Source of the DNA: Camelus dromedarius
Taxonomy: Eukaryota
Assembly: GCF_036321535.1 (NCBI RefSeq)
Contig: NC_087436.1
Span: forward strand, 27,530,001-27,594,000
Length of the DNA: 64,000 bases
Direction of reading: 5' to 3'
The position numbers and the translations under genes were made by a program. The notes under the pieces are model-generated. The model did no database searches. It worked only from the letters and a program-made list of their open reading frames with translations, and was not told the origin of the DNA. Positions 12,531-24,639 of this stretch are shown here, piece by piece. How positions within the stretch are numbered: position 1 is the stretch's first letter; every line of letters begins with the position of its first letter.

Positions 12531-13449
12531 TTTAAACATTGTTCATTTGCCCTGTTTCCTATCTTGATATAAGGCACCTCTTGTCACCCAGTTCCCAATT
12601 CATAAATGTAGGCATAATTAATATCTCACTCTCGGAAACCACATTATTGTTTAATTATCAGGTCCTATGATTACTATCTCGTATGTTTGTGTAATAATTA
12701 TTCACTCATTCTTTCTGACTCTTTCTGTCCTGTTTGAGTCTAATAAACACTGTTTCCTGAACAGCCAATTCACCTGTTTCAAATAGATTCTTCTCCCACA
12801 TTAATTATCCACATTCTATTTTTTCGAAAAATAAAATCTGATACTATAACTTCTTCCTTTAGAAGCTGTACAGTGGAACCTTACCACTCTTATTAGACCC
12901 TCCAAGATCTCTAAGCCTGATGATCAAATCTTATCTGATATTCTTTAACTGTTCTGTTCAAATTCAGGTATGTATTAGTCACGCTAGACTAATTTCAGTG
13001 CTGCAAAGTGCTAGATTCATTTGCCTTAGAATCCTCCTAGTGGTTGGAACAATTATACTTGTTTAGCACAAAACAAACTCTCAACAATTTTCTTTCTAAA
13101 TTTGACCCATTCTTTATGTACCAGCTTAAACGTCTTCTCCCCTGGGAGGGACATCTGTCTACCCTGCATTCTCATTGCTCCCAGATCTTCCCTTAAAACA
13201 GTCATCTCTCTTTACTGTACTTTGGCAATGACCTATCTGCTTTATCTGCTAGGTAGATAAATTTATGGTGAAAGGGACCCACTTTGTTTTTATTTACTGC
13301 TCCATAAACCAGCACTTAGTACAGTGCCTGGCACTGGAGTAAGAGCTCCTTGAATAAAACAATGACTAAATGAATAATTAAAACTAATGACTACAGTTGA
13401 TACATTCAGCAAAACAGAAAAAGGTGAGTTGCAAATGTGCACTGAAATT

Positions 13450-14450
13450 ACACTTTTCTTTTAAACATTTTCTTTTGAAAATTTTGAAATATTTTAATTT
13501 CAGAGATAAGTGTAGAGAATAATTTAACACTCATTCACTATCCAGATTCAACTCTGTCTTATGATTTAAAAACTATAATACTATTATACTTTTCAAGTCC
13601 CAGTGCATCCCATTTAGGTTAGGTTAGGTTAGGATAGGTTGATGAATTCCTAACCTATCCATACTTTTATGAGTTTATGATATATGTCTGTAGCTGTGAG
13701 TAATATAATTCCTTGTAAATTGAGCTTTTTTATATTTAAGGTATAATTTATGTGCATTTCTAAAAGCTTATCTTACCTCTTATGTTTTTGAGATTCTGAC
13801 TTTGAGAATCTGAACTTAAAATGTAGAACTAATTCATTTCAAATTCTGTATGTTTTCTATTATATCAATATATTATAATTTATTTCCTATTCTTTTATTT
13901 AAGGATAGCATTTTGTAAGTTTAAACAATGATTTAATGAACAACCTATTTGTATTTTCACCAATACACGCTCAAGGGTTTCTCTAGTTACAGGAGTTAAA
14001 ATGAGTCAACTTACACCTATACACATTTGTTAAATTCATAAATTGCTGTTAAATCCATTTTCTTAATGATACAGCTCATATATTCTTTATATTAATGTAT
14101 ATTCTTTATCTTCTAGTTTCTGCAAAAGTGCTATTAGAGTGTTGAACCAAGATTACAAATGTATAGGCTTGGCTTTGTGGTTCTGTTGATGGCTTTTTTA
14201 TGGATCTTGAGAAAATCTAAGTATATAGAGATTCAGGATTGGTATATATATTTTTTAATTTTTCTTTTTAAATTAAGTAATAACCCCTTTTTCCTAATAT
14301 TTTCTATCTAAAAATCTATTTTGTCCAATAGCAATATTATTACTCCAGTTTCTTTTTTGGGGGGGTGGGGTTAATTTTGTCTTAGCTATAATTTTCTAAA
14401 ACTTAATTTTCAAGCTGACCATATCTTTATGCCTTGGTTGTGTCTATGGG
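13450..14450 (-). mobile_element. Ancient L1 (L1ME-like) fragments
   Basis: T-rich degenerate L1 motifs (tactccagtttc, aaaatctattttgtc, attcaggattgg). Confidence 0.5.
13613..13640. repeat. (TTAGG)n pentanucleotide tract
   Basis: ttaggttaggttaggttaggatagg. Confidence 0.85.
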
Positions 14451-15174
14451 AGTTTTCTTTCTCAGGTGTTTTAAAAATTAAACTGGGGTCAAATGGTGAG
14501 ATTTTTTATTTTTCAATCTGCAACAGTCCTATATACACATGTACTTGGAGTCTCCCAGGGGGAAATTTCACATTTACTTGAGTTCCAGGGATGTCTGAGA
14601 TTTTTGTTAATTTTCCAGCTACAGGTTCCCACACAATTTGAATGGTGTGAATTCAGATCACTCATTGTAGAAGGCATGATCCTGTGGTTCTAAATTATTC
14701 CTAGTGACTGTTTTCCTATCCATGGCCTAAGAAGGTTAGCCTGCCCCAGCTGTAAGTCCCTCAGCTGTTTGGAACACATGGTTTTTTGCAGAGAGCTCAT
14801 TTTCACCCTCACACCAGCACAGTATTGGTGTTAGATTCTCAGCTTTTAGGAATGATTCTAATACTTGTCCACACTGTTTGAATTTAATAACTGTTAAATA
14901 CTCTGTATCTGAGTTTTTTCTTCATCCCTGATCCCTGGACATTTTCCTTTCTTATTTGTGAACTTGTATATATAGTGCAAAATATTTTGTAACTTTTTAT
15001 GCATCATTTGTGTGTTAAGGATGGCAGAGATTTTGAAACATATGGAAACAAAAGAATAATAAATAAGTTAAGAGAAAGATTCTTATTAATAATGCATGGA
15101 TAACTCTTCTTCAATTTATTGAATCACTTATCATCCACTAAAATATTATAAAAATAATGGTGGATGAGGTGCTT

Positions 15175-18070
15175 TCTGTCTTAGCCTAAGTTACTCACAA
15201 AACAGAGTCTGAGACAAAGTTTATGGGCAATTCATTGTTTAAAAAATTGTCATCCCAGGGAAGCAAGAATGAGGGAAAAGGAAATGAGGCAGGCAGGAAG
15301 GAGAGCAATATGAAGGTTACAAGCTGGTAGCAATTTAGTATCAGGTGATTCTGAATGATTTCACAATCTTCTTAGAAGCCACATGTCCTGCATCTTAGGA
15401 CAAATTACCCTGGGAAAAATCTCCCCTTTGTCAAAGGCTTCCTTACAATGAATGAAGGAGTCTTCATTTCTAAGTTGTACATGTATAAGCAACAAGTGAG
15501 GCCAGTAGTAGCTCAAGAGTTAGTATCCAAAAGGTGTCAGGATGGGAGGTCAGAGTGGCAGAGCATGCATGGGAGGTAGGTGCTCACCCACACAGCACAC
15601 ACTGGGGTGTTCTCCATTTCACACTGCATGATAAGACCTCCACATACCTGAAGGCAAGAGGACTTCTCTTCTTTCCTGAGAAGATGTCTACAAATCTAAC
15701 CAGTCACAGTATATTCTTCAAATTCTTAAAGTGATGTAGGACAGAGTGTTAGTAAATAATTAATAATCCTGTTTTTTCCAGCTTTATTGAGAAATAATTC
15801 ACAAAAAGTCCTCACTGTTGAAGATGAAAGATGTTCATTGTTTCTTTCCTCCACTACTTAGTCTGGATTTCCTTAAACTAAAGACAGTTTTATTTGAATT
15901 GACTGATTTCTTTCTGGTTTTTCTTTTTTTTGGGGGGGGGTTGTTTGTTTTTGATGTTTCTTTTTCTTCTAATTTATTTTTGACATGGTAGAGTGTCCAG
16001 AACTTTTAAAGCCAAGGGAAATTAGGTTTTAATTGACTTGTCCTTATTAAGTTGTGGTTGCTTTAATTTGCCCACTTGCCAATATCAACGGGTGCTGAAC
16101 CAAAAATTTTAAAAAGATGCCTTAGTAAATATCCTCAGATCCAGTCATAGTTCCCCTGTTCCCACTGTGTAACTCTTTCAGGGATGATACCCCACTAGGA
16201 TATTATGTTCTTTCTTCTTATTGCTCTACTGGAAAAAAAGAAAAAGAAAAAGGAGCCAATGTGACCACGTAACAACTGTGGATTTAAATATTTCCTCTGG
16301 CAAAAGTTATCTCCTAGGAGCCAAGATTTCTGCCCAGAATTCCTTCCTTGGTTTCCACATGCCGTATTCATTGCATTCTGTCCAGGTCTTACCTTGATAT
16401 AAGTTTCAGGTGCAAATGTGTTATCTGAGAAATGAAGGAAAGATTGATATGGGGGTGATGCATTGAGTTAGGGAAAAGAAGTCAGGCAACAGAGGGTATG
16501 TTATAATTCATCACCTCTGTGGAATGAAACCTAATCCCAACAGCGAACTGCTTGGAAATCTGCCACACCAGGGGCAAGTAATTTGGATATTAATATACCA
16601 AATCGTTCTGCCAGTGATTAAAGGCTTGTTCTATAAAACTAGCATTAATTCCCAGGCACTAGAGGTCTGCCTTGCAGATAGCTTTGAAGAAAGGCTTTAG
16701 CCAACAAGATACAGACAGAGTCCTGCTAGAGCACAGTGGAGTTCTAAGGCTCCAGGAAAATATCCTCAGAATCTCAACATCTGTTTAAGCACACACCATA
16801 TACTAGGGAGCGGTACCTTCTCCCACAGGATGCACATCCTAAGCTGGCACTTTAACGGAGGGTTTAACAGACCATCCTAACAGGTTATGCTCTTCCCTAT
16901 ACAAGGTTCATGGTAAGAAAATTGGATTCTATTGTCATGCACATGTTTTCATACACACTTCACTGTAAGATGCATCCCTTTTGGCTGGAGACATTGCATG
17001 GGTTATTTTGGGATTAGATCAGACATTCCTGAGCTATTGTGTGGCAAACATACTGGGAGCGGGGAAGATAATTCCACATCTGCAAAAAGGATTGATTATG
17101 AGTAGAAGAAATCACTGCCCTACAGGGGAAAGGAGTCTAATATTGCATACCTGCCAGCAACTGGCAGAATGCATCACCTGAAGGGTTGGAGCAAAATTAC
17201 AAACTCAGTGTCAGTCTTGTCTCTTGGCATGGATATTCTGCAGTGACTGTAGATCAGTCTTGGTGAAAGTTAGCCCATACTTCTGGGCTGAGTATTCTCA
17301 ATTCCTGTCACCAAGGTTATTCCATCCATGAGCCCACTATGCAAACACTAAGGTGACAGAAGACAGAGGTGAGCACAAGTAGTCATCCTGTGAACCCAGT
17401 TTTGGAGAGCCAGCTCTGTAGTGAGCATTATTAGCATGTTAGCACAGAGGGCCAAGCGTTCCGTGCACACGCCCAGCAGTCTATCCACTTATCCCTTCTC
17501 CAGATACCCTACTCCTGGACCTTCCATTCCTGCTCCTTCTGGGGATGGATTTACAACTCATGCCATTTGCCACTGCCCAGGAATCCATGTAACTCAGGCC
17601 ACTCATTGTTCTTTATGACCTGACTTACTAAATGGACTGCTCGAAACTCTGCTGCCAGGAGAGTTTGTCACATCTGTTCTTTAGGACTTCTGCTACATGA
17701 AGCTGTAGTGTGGTTGACAGTCCACTTCCACAGGAAGGGCTGAGCCCTTTGTGATCCTTGCTCAACTTGTTTCCTTCTCTGCCAGTTGGTTATAGTGAAC
17801 CTTTCATCAGGCCAAAGATGTGAGTTGAAGAGAGGCATGTATCTTACAGAGGGAGGTGACCTGATGGTCTAGGACACTGGAGAATGTCATTTTTTTACTG
17901 CTTTATTAACCTACTCAGACTGACCCGAATTGTATGAGTTCCATTTCTCTATGGATCACTGTATACACACCATCACTGTTTGACACAATCTCCCCATTAT
18001 ATTTAACTCATGTTCTAGCCACAAAGTCACTCTGTGACTCATCATGAGTCATTCAGGTTCCTCTTGGGGC
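15175..18070 (-). mobile_element. Decayed ERVL region: LTR33/LTR16-like LTR pieces (~15175-15600, ~16380-16790) and pol (RNase H/integrase) remnants (~16800-18070)
   Basis: LTR end tgtcttagcc...acagagtctgagacaaag; ERVL-int-like pol sequence on the reverse strand; heavily mutated. Confidence 0.55.
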
Positions 18071-18237
18071 CAGAAGCATGTAAGTATTTTAATATGATCA
18101 AAATACATTAAAAACTCATTTCCTTATATTTTTTAAATAAATTATAAAAGAACAGTGACCATGGAGAAAATTTAGATTAAGTATACAAACTTCTAAAATA
18201 ATACAAATAATTACTCATCCTGCCATCTAAATATAAC

Positions 18238-18692
18238 CTCCATTAATCTCCCATGTAATGACTATGCCTCACAATTTTCAATTATCATCAAGTTTAAACA
18301 TAATGAAAGAATTCTTCAAAGTTTTTCCAGCTGACAATTTTCTTAAATATTATATTTTAATATGTAATGAATTATAACATGATTTTAGATTCAACATTTA
18401 GATTGATTTCACCTTTTCAGACTTTTCTAAATTGGTTTGGTCTTTAATTTATGCCATTATTTTCATATATCTTATACAAATTTTCCATGACAGTTTCTAG
18501 AAACTTTATTTGCTCTTATTTTTAAATGAAATAAGAGCATATTTGAAAAAAGACACTCTCTAATTTTTAGTTTCAAATATTATCTGTAAGTAATTATGCT
18601 TGCTTCACATTTTTTAGTGAGTTTAATGAGTTCACATGTTTTAATTCAAAAATTTAACAGCCAAACTAAAAGCTGAGATTGTACGTTGTCAT
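18238..18692 (-). pseudogene. Probable pseudo-exon, frameshifted; boundaries uncertain
   Basis: Degenerate acceptor (tttttctaa). Contains ECLFSNMLLFHLKIRANK/(fs)FLE/(fs)SWKICIRYMK, resembling an RGS C-terminal segment. Confidence 0.35.
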
Positions 18693-18797
18693 TTAGAAAA
18701 AGTGAATCATGATAGTTTTCCTTTTTTAAACTAATTTAGTAAATATTACTTATTCTTTATCTGTTAAGATTGAGTAAAACAAAAATTAAATTCTTAC

Positions 18798-18971
18798 CTT
18801 TTTATGTCTATCAGAATGTATGAGAAATGTTCTTCATAGAATGTATTTTAGTTATTATTAAGTTGGAATTTACTCTGACATAATTATAGGATGAATTCCA
18901 TATATTTCAAAATATTCTCCACCTTTTCACTATTTCCAAAAATCCCAGTAAGTTTCATTGTATGTGCTTAA
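18798..18971 (-). pseudogene. Pseudo-exon (174 nt, phase 1 to 1), RGS-like helices 4-5
   Basis: Near-consensus sites ttctatttcag|TT...AAA G|gtaaga. Translation KHIQ*NLLGFLEIVKRWRIF*NIWNSSYNYVRVNSNLIITKIHSMKNISHTF. Confidence 0.65.
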
Positions 18972-19705
18972 CTGAAATAGAATTAAAGCTATTTCTTCTC
19001 ACAAATATACCTTGATTTATTTTATGTTCACAATCATTTAAATAATTCCATAATTTTTTATTGCATACTTAAAGAGTCATTTGACTTTTCCCAAGAGAGT
19101 GATAAAATTTTAAATTAAGAAATCTCCCTCTTTAATTTTTTAATAATTAATTTAATTTTGCTAAACTAGTTGTTCAGTCTTGTTTTTTTGAGGTCAAATG
19201 ATGCTAAATTATCAGCATTTTATCCATTGGAAAGGGAACTCTCTAATAATTTAACATTTTAATACTTAAACTGAGTTTCTATAACAATGATTATATTCAA
19301 CTAAAAATTGAAGGAGTTTTATTTAGTCTAATTCCCTGGAGGCCAATTTCATATTGGTGTTTCTGTGTCTGTTTTATAAGACCCTCCACACTAATTCAAG
19401 ATTTAAAATGAATTGCACACAACTGATTCAGCTTCTTTTCTCTGAAATTTACCTTAGAGTCTTATCATAAAGGTTTACAGCTAATTTAAGACATCTAAGC
19501 AAATAAAAACATACATCCACCTTAAATAGTGCAACTTTAACAAATACCATCATTCTAAAATTTAAATAATTAGGCATATAAAGAAAATAAAACTTAGATC
19601 ACTTAAATTATTATAGTTAGAAATCATTTGTGAAATCATTTTCTTTTCTAATATATTCAGATAATCACTTTTCTCTTTTACTTCACTCAATTAGACATAG
19701 CTTAC

Positions 19706-19853
19706 TTATTTAGTCTTTTCAGGAGAAAACACTCTTGGTTTTCTCTTTTGCCATTTGCCGAGTTTGTTTGGAGGACTACAATGTAGTAATAACAGTGGGT
19801 TCTCTTTTTGCTTGCCAAGAGATAATGGGAGGACTTAAATTTGTGTTGGCAGG
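19706..19853 (-). pseudogene. Pseudo-exon (148 nt, phase 0 to 1)
   Basis: Long T tract ttttccaaaag|CCT...ATA A|gtaagc (strong donor). Translation PANTNLSPPIISWQAKREPTVITTL*SSKQTRQMAKEKTKSVFS*KD*I. Confidence 0.55.
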
Positions 19854-20149
19854 CTTTTGGAAAAAAAAAATCACAAGAAGAGGAATGAGACAATGTCAAA
19901 GGCTGAACCATAAATGAGCTCTATTCACATAAACATTTAGAAACTTCTGGTATCTTTTCATTATCTTGGAAAAATTGTAACATATATTGAAAGTTTATCA
20001 AGTTTCTCTTTTTTTTTTTCTTTCATTTTTCATGTGGAGTCTTCATTTAGTGCTTGATATAGTGCCAACAACTTTCAATTTGTCAGGCTTTCAGGATAAT
20101 TAGACATTAGATTAGAGGGATAGTAAAGGAACAGCCCAGATTCACAATA

Positions 20150-20370
20150 TGTGTATTTAACCTGTGCCCAGCTGTGTTCTAAATACTTCACACTCCTTAA
20201 ATCTTAATGAACCCAACAGGTAGGTAGATTTGAGAATTTGTCCATTTTAAATGAGGAAACTGAGGCACAGAGCAGTTTAACTTGATCAAGGTTACACATC
20301 AGTTAAATTGAAGATCTGAAATAAAAACTAGGTGGTTTCTCTCCAGACTCCAAATCTTTATCCTAAAGAC
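20150..20370 (-). mobile_element. MIR SINE (similar relics at ~115-210, 410-545, 38430-38620, 50430-50670, 52180-52530, 53400-53590 and 58880-59090)
   Basis: MIR core ccattttaaatgaggaaactgaggcacaga...aaggttacac; the other sites show the core on either strand. Confidence 0.75.
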
Positions 20371-20859
20371 CCTCACAGTGGATGAAACTTCCATCACTAC
20401 CCAGTTGTGAGGCCTTTGAAAAGTTACAGTTTTTTTCTGTGACTTTCTTTCTGTGTAAACCATGAATACTAACGTTTCATCCATCTACTTGCTTACATCT
20501 GTGGATTTTTGAAAATATGTCCATGAAATAGAGGAAGATCTAAAAAACCCATTTTGTGCCCTGGCCAAGTCTCCTGGCAAGAAGCCTTGTATAAGTGGAA
20601 AAGAATTGATATGTACTGCTGACTGTTAGCTGCTCCATCTTTCCTATGGGGTGTCATCATTTTCTAAGTTACTTTCTGAATATTAACAGAAAATATTTTT
20701 CTTACATACTTCCACGTATAGAAGACAGCTATCTGCCTCCAAATTAGGAATACTGAACACTGGTAGAACAAAGGATTGTAACTTGTAACTATGTAATCTA
20801 CTTCCTGATGTGGCGTTCCCACCGACAACAGCATTCCTTATTTAAAATGCATGTTTTCT

Positions 20860-22191
20860 ACTGGACAGCACCATGTAAATCAGTTAAGTTAGACTATTCC
20901 CTCACTCCATACACAAAGATAAACTCAAAATGGCTTAAAGGCTTAAATATAAGACAAGACACAATAAATCTCCTAGAAGAAAACATAAGCAAAACATTCT
21001 CTGACATAAGTCTTAGCAACATTCTCCTCGACCAGTCTACCCAGGCAATGGAAGTAAGAGCAAAAATAAACAAATGGAACCTAATTAAACTCATAAGCTT
21101 CTGCACAGCAAAGGAAACCATAAGCAAAACAAAACAACACCCTACAGAATGGAAGAAAATATTTGCAAATGATAAGACTGATAAAGGCTTAATTTCCAGA
21201 ATATATAAACAGCTCACACAACTTAATAACAAAAAAACAAATAACCCAATCCAAAAAGGGTCCGAGGACCTAAACAAGCAATTCTCTGATGGGGAAGGCA
21301 TACAAATGGCCAATAGACACAGGAAAAAAGGCTCAATATCACTAATTATCAGAGAAATGCAAAGCAAAAATACAACGAGGTATCACCTCACACCAGTCAG
21401 ACTGGCCATCATTCAAAAGTCCACAAATGATAAATGCTGGAGAGGCTGTAGAGAAAAGGGAACCCTCTTACACTGCTGATGAGAATGTAGTTTGGTGCAG
21501 CCACTGTGGAAAACAGTATGGAGATTCCTCAAAAAATTAAAAATAGACTGACCATATGATCCAGCAATTCCACTTCTGGGTATTTATCTGGAGGAAACAC
21601 TAATATGAAAAGATACAAACACCCCAATGTTCATAGCAGCTCTATATACAATAGCCAAGACATGAAAGCAATGTCAATGTCCATCGACAGATGACTGGAT
21701 AAAGAAGCTGTGGTATATTTATACAATGGAATATTACTCAGCCATGAAAATTAATAAATGCCATTTGCAGTAACATGGATGGACCTAGAGATTGTCCTAA
21801 GTGAAGTAAGCCAGAAAGAGAAATAAAAATACCACAGGATATCACTCATATGTGGAACCCCCCCACCAAAAAAAAAATCATACACACTATGAACTCATCT
21901 ACAAAATAGAAACAGACTCGCAGACTTAGTAAACTTACAGTTACCAGGGAAAGGGGGTGGGAAGGGATACATTTGGGAGTTTGAGATTTACAAATGTTAG
22001 CCACTATATATGAAAACAGATTCAAAAAACTTCCTTCTGTATAGAGGATAGTATGCTCAATATCTTGTAATAACCTCTAATGGGAAAAAATATGTAAATG
22101 AATGAATATATACATGTATATGCGTGACTGGGATACTGTGCTGTACAGCAGAGGTTGACAGTGTAACTGACTTCATAAAATTTTTTTAAAT
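20860..22191 (+). mobile_element. 5'-truncated young L1 (ORF2 C-terminus plus 3'UTR)
   Basis: ORF 20808..21479 encodes L1 ORF2 C-terminal sequence ([11 protein letters not shown]...RYHLTPVR...CWRGC); TSD core TGCATGTTTTCT at 20848-20859 and 22197-22208. Confidence 0.95.
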
Positions 22192-22337
22192 AAAACTGCA
22201 TGTTTTCTGATTAGTTTTATATAATTTAACATTATTCAAAATTAAAAACAATTAAGCTTGCTTTATGTGAGTCATGTGCAAACTATGAGTTTTGGGTCTT
22301 TTTATCTATGAGGACAAAAGTAAAAATAATGTTTTTA

Positions 22338-22631
22338 CTTTACTAGAAAAAAAAAGCCATTTCTATAGTTTTTTTTTAAATGAATGAGGAAGCATTGAGA
22401 ACGTGTGTTTATGTGACAAGATGATCACAAGATGCAAAGTGAACTGCGTTCTTATGTCAGACTCCCAAGGGATCTTTGGCACTGTGTCACCATTTATTCT
22501 TTGTTTCTCCTGATGTTTTTTTTCAGAAAAATGAATTATGGATGAGGATAAACATCATAGGAATGTAAAGAAACAGCAAGCAAACTTTGATGACAACATT
22601 TTGGCATATGTAGCTACCCTCTAATATTTTT
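22338..22631 (-). pseudogene. Probable pseudo-exon; boundaries uncertain
   Basis: Pyrimidine tract and AG near 22620-22632. Frame RVATYAKMLSSKFACCFFTFL*CLSS... resembles the RGS N-terminal LL.SK.G...F..FL. Possible phase-0 donor AAA|gtaaaa. Confidence 0.35.
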
Positions 22632-23210
22632 CTAAGCAGATTTCAGACAGAAGGAAAAAGATAACATCTCAAGGTTTTTAAAAAAAATGTGAAAAAGTAA
22701 CATGTAAAAATGAATTCCACATAATGATCTCAAGCTAAAACATCTGGGTGTGTCCTCTGGTACCATGCTTAAATCTAATACTTAAGAACTTTTTAAAATA
22801 AAAGATTCTTTTCCTCTGCTATCCAAATAAAACCTAGTAGACAAAATAACAGTGTCCATTCCAAGATGAGTTGGCTGCTGCAGCAGGGACCAGATGCCAT
22901 CCTCATTCTGAAATTCAGGTATAAATCAGCTTAGTGTAGTGGCTAGTAAGATGCTAAAGGAAAGTCTTGTGCAGTGGGGTTTTCACCACAAAAGAATTAT
23001 GTCATTGCTTATATATCTCTTAAAATAAAATCTAATACAAATATAAGAATAGTGGAAATAATTAATAATGGGTTTAAAAAGTCTACAACATGCTATCAGG
23101 ATACGACCTTAGGGAGGTGATAGACCCTACAGCTGCTTGTTAGCTTGCATTGAAAAGTTCGGAATGCAAAGCATCCTAAGAGGTGTAAACAAAATGAAAG
23201 GACCAGTTAC

Positions 23211-23481
23211 CTGTGTGTGGCTGATGGGAAGGGAGTGGTTAAAGGTAACTGGAAGTCAAAGAGCGGCTTCCGTGGAATAGAAAGCCTTGTGCTAGCCTTT
23301 TACAATTATTCAGGATTTCTAAATATAGATACTCTAGCTGTCAAGACATGTGTGTTCATTGCATAGGTCATAGATAATTTGATTTCCTCTTCAGTCATGT
23401 TTTCATTTGTCTTTCAATAGCGATCTGCCTCTGGGATTTTATGATGATTAACATTTTCTTGTTCATATGGAAGATTTAAAC
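23211..23481 (-). pseudogene. Pseudo-exon (271 nt, phase 1 to 2), RGS-like C-terminal half
   Basis: Splice sites actttccttgag|GT...CAC AG|gtaact. Translation LNLPYEQENVNHHKIPEADRY*KTNENMTEEEIKLSMTYAMNTHVLTARVSIFRNPE*L*KASTRLSIPRKPLFDFQLPLTTPFPSATH. Confidence 0.55.
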
Positions 23482-23924
23482 CTCAAGGAAAGTTTATGGA
23501 CAAAGTTATTTCTAAACTACTTTCCCAATGAGGTAAACAATCGATGACTGATAATATCTAATTGAGGGGAGCACAACATTATCCTATAGTCATTATCTTA
23601 TTTGCCATTGGTATTTGACATAGGGATCCTTGCATAGAGCCAACCATACAGAGTGATGATATTCATTTAGGTTTTTCTTTAATGGTATTGGCCTTTTCAT
23701 GTATATGCTTTAAAAAAAAAGAATTTTTGAATGAAAGATTCTTTAAATTCTATAGTTTTCAAATTCACCATTTATTATTTTCTAAACTTCCTTACAAATC
23801 AAATAGTTAAAAAAAGTAAGCTCAAAGGCGCTATTGTGTGGGTACTTTTAGGAGTACAGTAAGGTAGTAGGCATGCTATTCATTCTAAATATGTCTACAA
23901 AGTAAGCTCTGAGGCTCACTTCCT

Positions 23925-24222
23925 CTTTTTTTTCACCTTATTGAAAAAAGGTGAGGTATTGAGGTATAACTGACAAATAAAATAAGATATTTAAAATGTA
24001 CAGAGTGGTGATTGGATCTGTATACACTGTGAAAGGATTCCCTCACCAAGTTAATACATCCATCACCTCATATAGTTATGTTTTTCTTTCTTCTTTTCTT
24101 TTTTTTTGGTGTATGTGTGTGAGAACTTTTAAGTTACACTCTCTTAGCAAATTTCAATCATGCGTTACAGTATTATCAACTCTAGTCATCATATTACACA
24201 TTAGAGCTTCAGATCTTATTTA
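23925..24222 (-). mobile_element. L1 3' end (L1MA8/9-like)
   Basis: tattgaggtataactgaca...catccatcacctca...ctcttagcaaatttcaa. Confidence 0.8.
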
Positions 24223-24452
24223 AGAGGATAACTTCTTTACACAGGCACAGAGAAGGTCACTGTTAAAAGGAGGACCAGTATCTGTGAGTTGCACTATGAA
24301 TGGCTGCCCTCTGTGGGAGATGCTTCTGTTGATACTAATTTCTTGCTCAGTAGCAATTATAGAATTCTCATGATTGCAAAAGGCAAAAATACAACACAAT
24401 AACTAATTAACCACAGAGGCAGTGATTATTCAACCAGACAGCAGGAGGAAAA

Positions 24453-24603
24453 GGTGGCCCTCCCAATCTGTGAATGCAGAACCATTGGATACAGAAGGCC
24501 AACTGTTCTACATTGTTTTACACTAGGGACTTGAGCTTCCCCAGATTTTGGTATACACGGGGTTCCTGGAACCAATCCCCGCTAGATACTGAGGAAGGAC
24601 AGT
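24453..24603 (-). mobile_element. MER2-like TcMar-Tigger DNA transposon fragment
   Basis: ggacttgagc...gattttggtat...cctggaaccaatcccc...gatactgagg terminal motif. Confidence 0.7.
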
Positions 24604-24639
24604 AATCAGAACCATCTGAGTGACAGAGATTTTGTCAGG

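Larger units (their letters stand above)
11530..13380 (+). mobile_element. LINE-2 (RT to 3' end), interrupted by an L1 at ~11910-12530
   Basis: GFLQGSLLCP in ORF 11566 resembles the L2/CR1 RT motif GVPQGSVLGP; L2 3' end tacagtgcctggcac...aatgaataa. Confidence 0.75.

Noticed and set aside
13613..13640. (TTAGG)n resembling an arthropod telomere repeat
   Set aside because: Only about 5 units within old L1-derived DNA; a simple repeat, not evidence of contamination or a telomere.
20894..21367. Hydrophobic antisense ORFs (also 35423-36259, 45987-46262 and 60767-61183)
   Set aside because: These are the usual antisense reading frames of L1 sequence.
20808..21479. 223-aa ORF, the longest in the window
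   Set aside because: C-terminal LINE-1 ORF2 sequence of a 5'-truncated insertion; the start comes from flanking DNA. Not a host gene.
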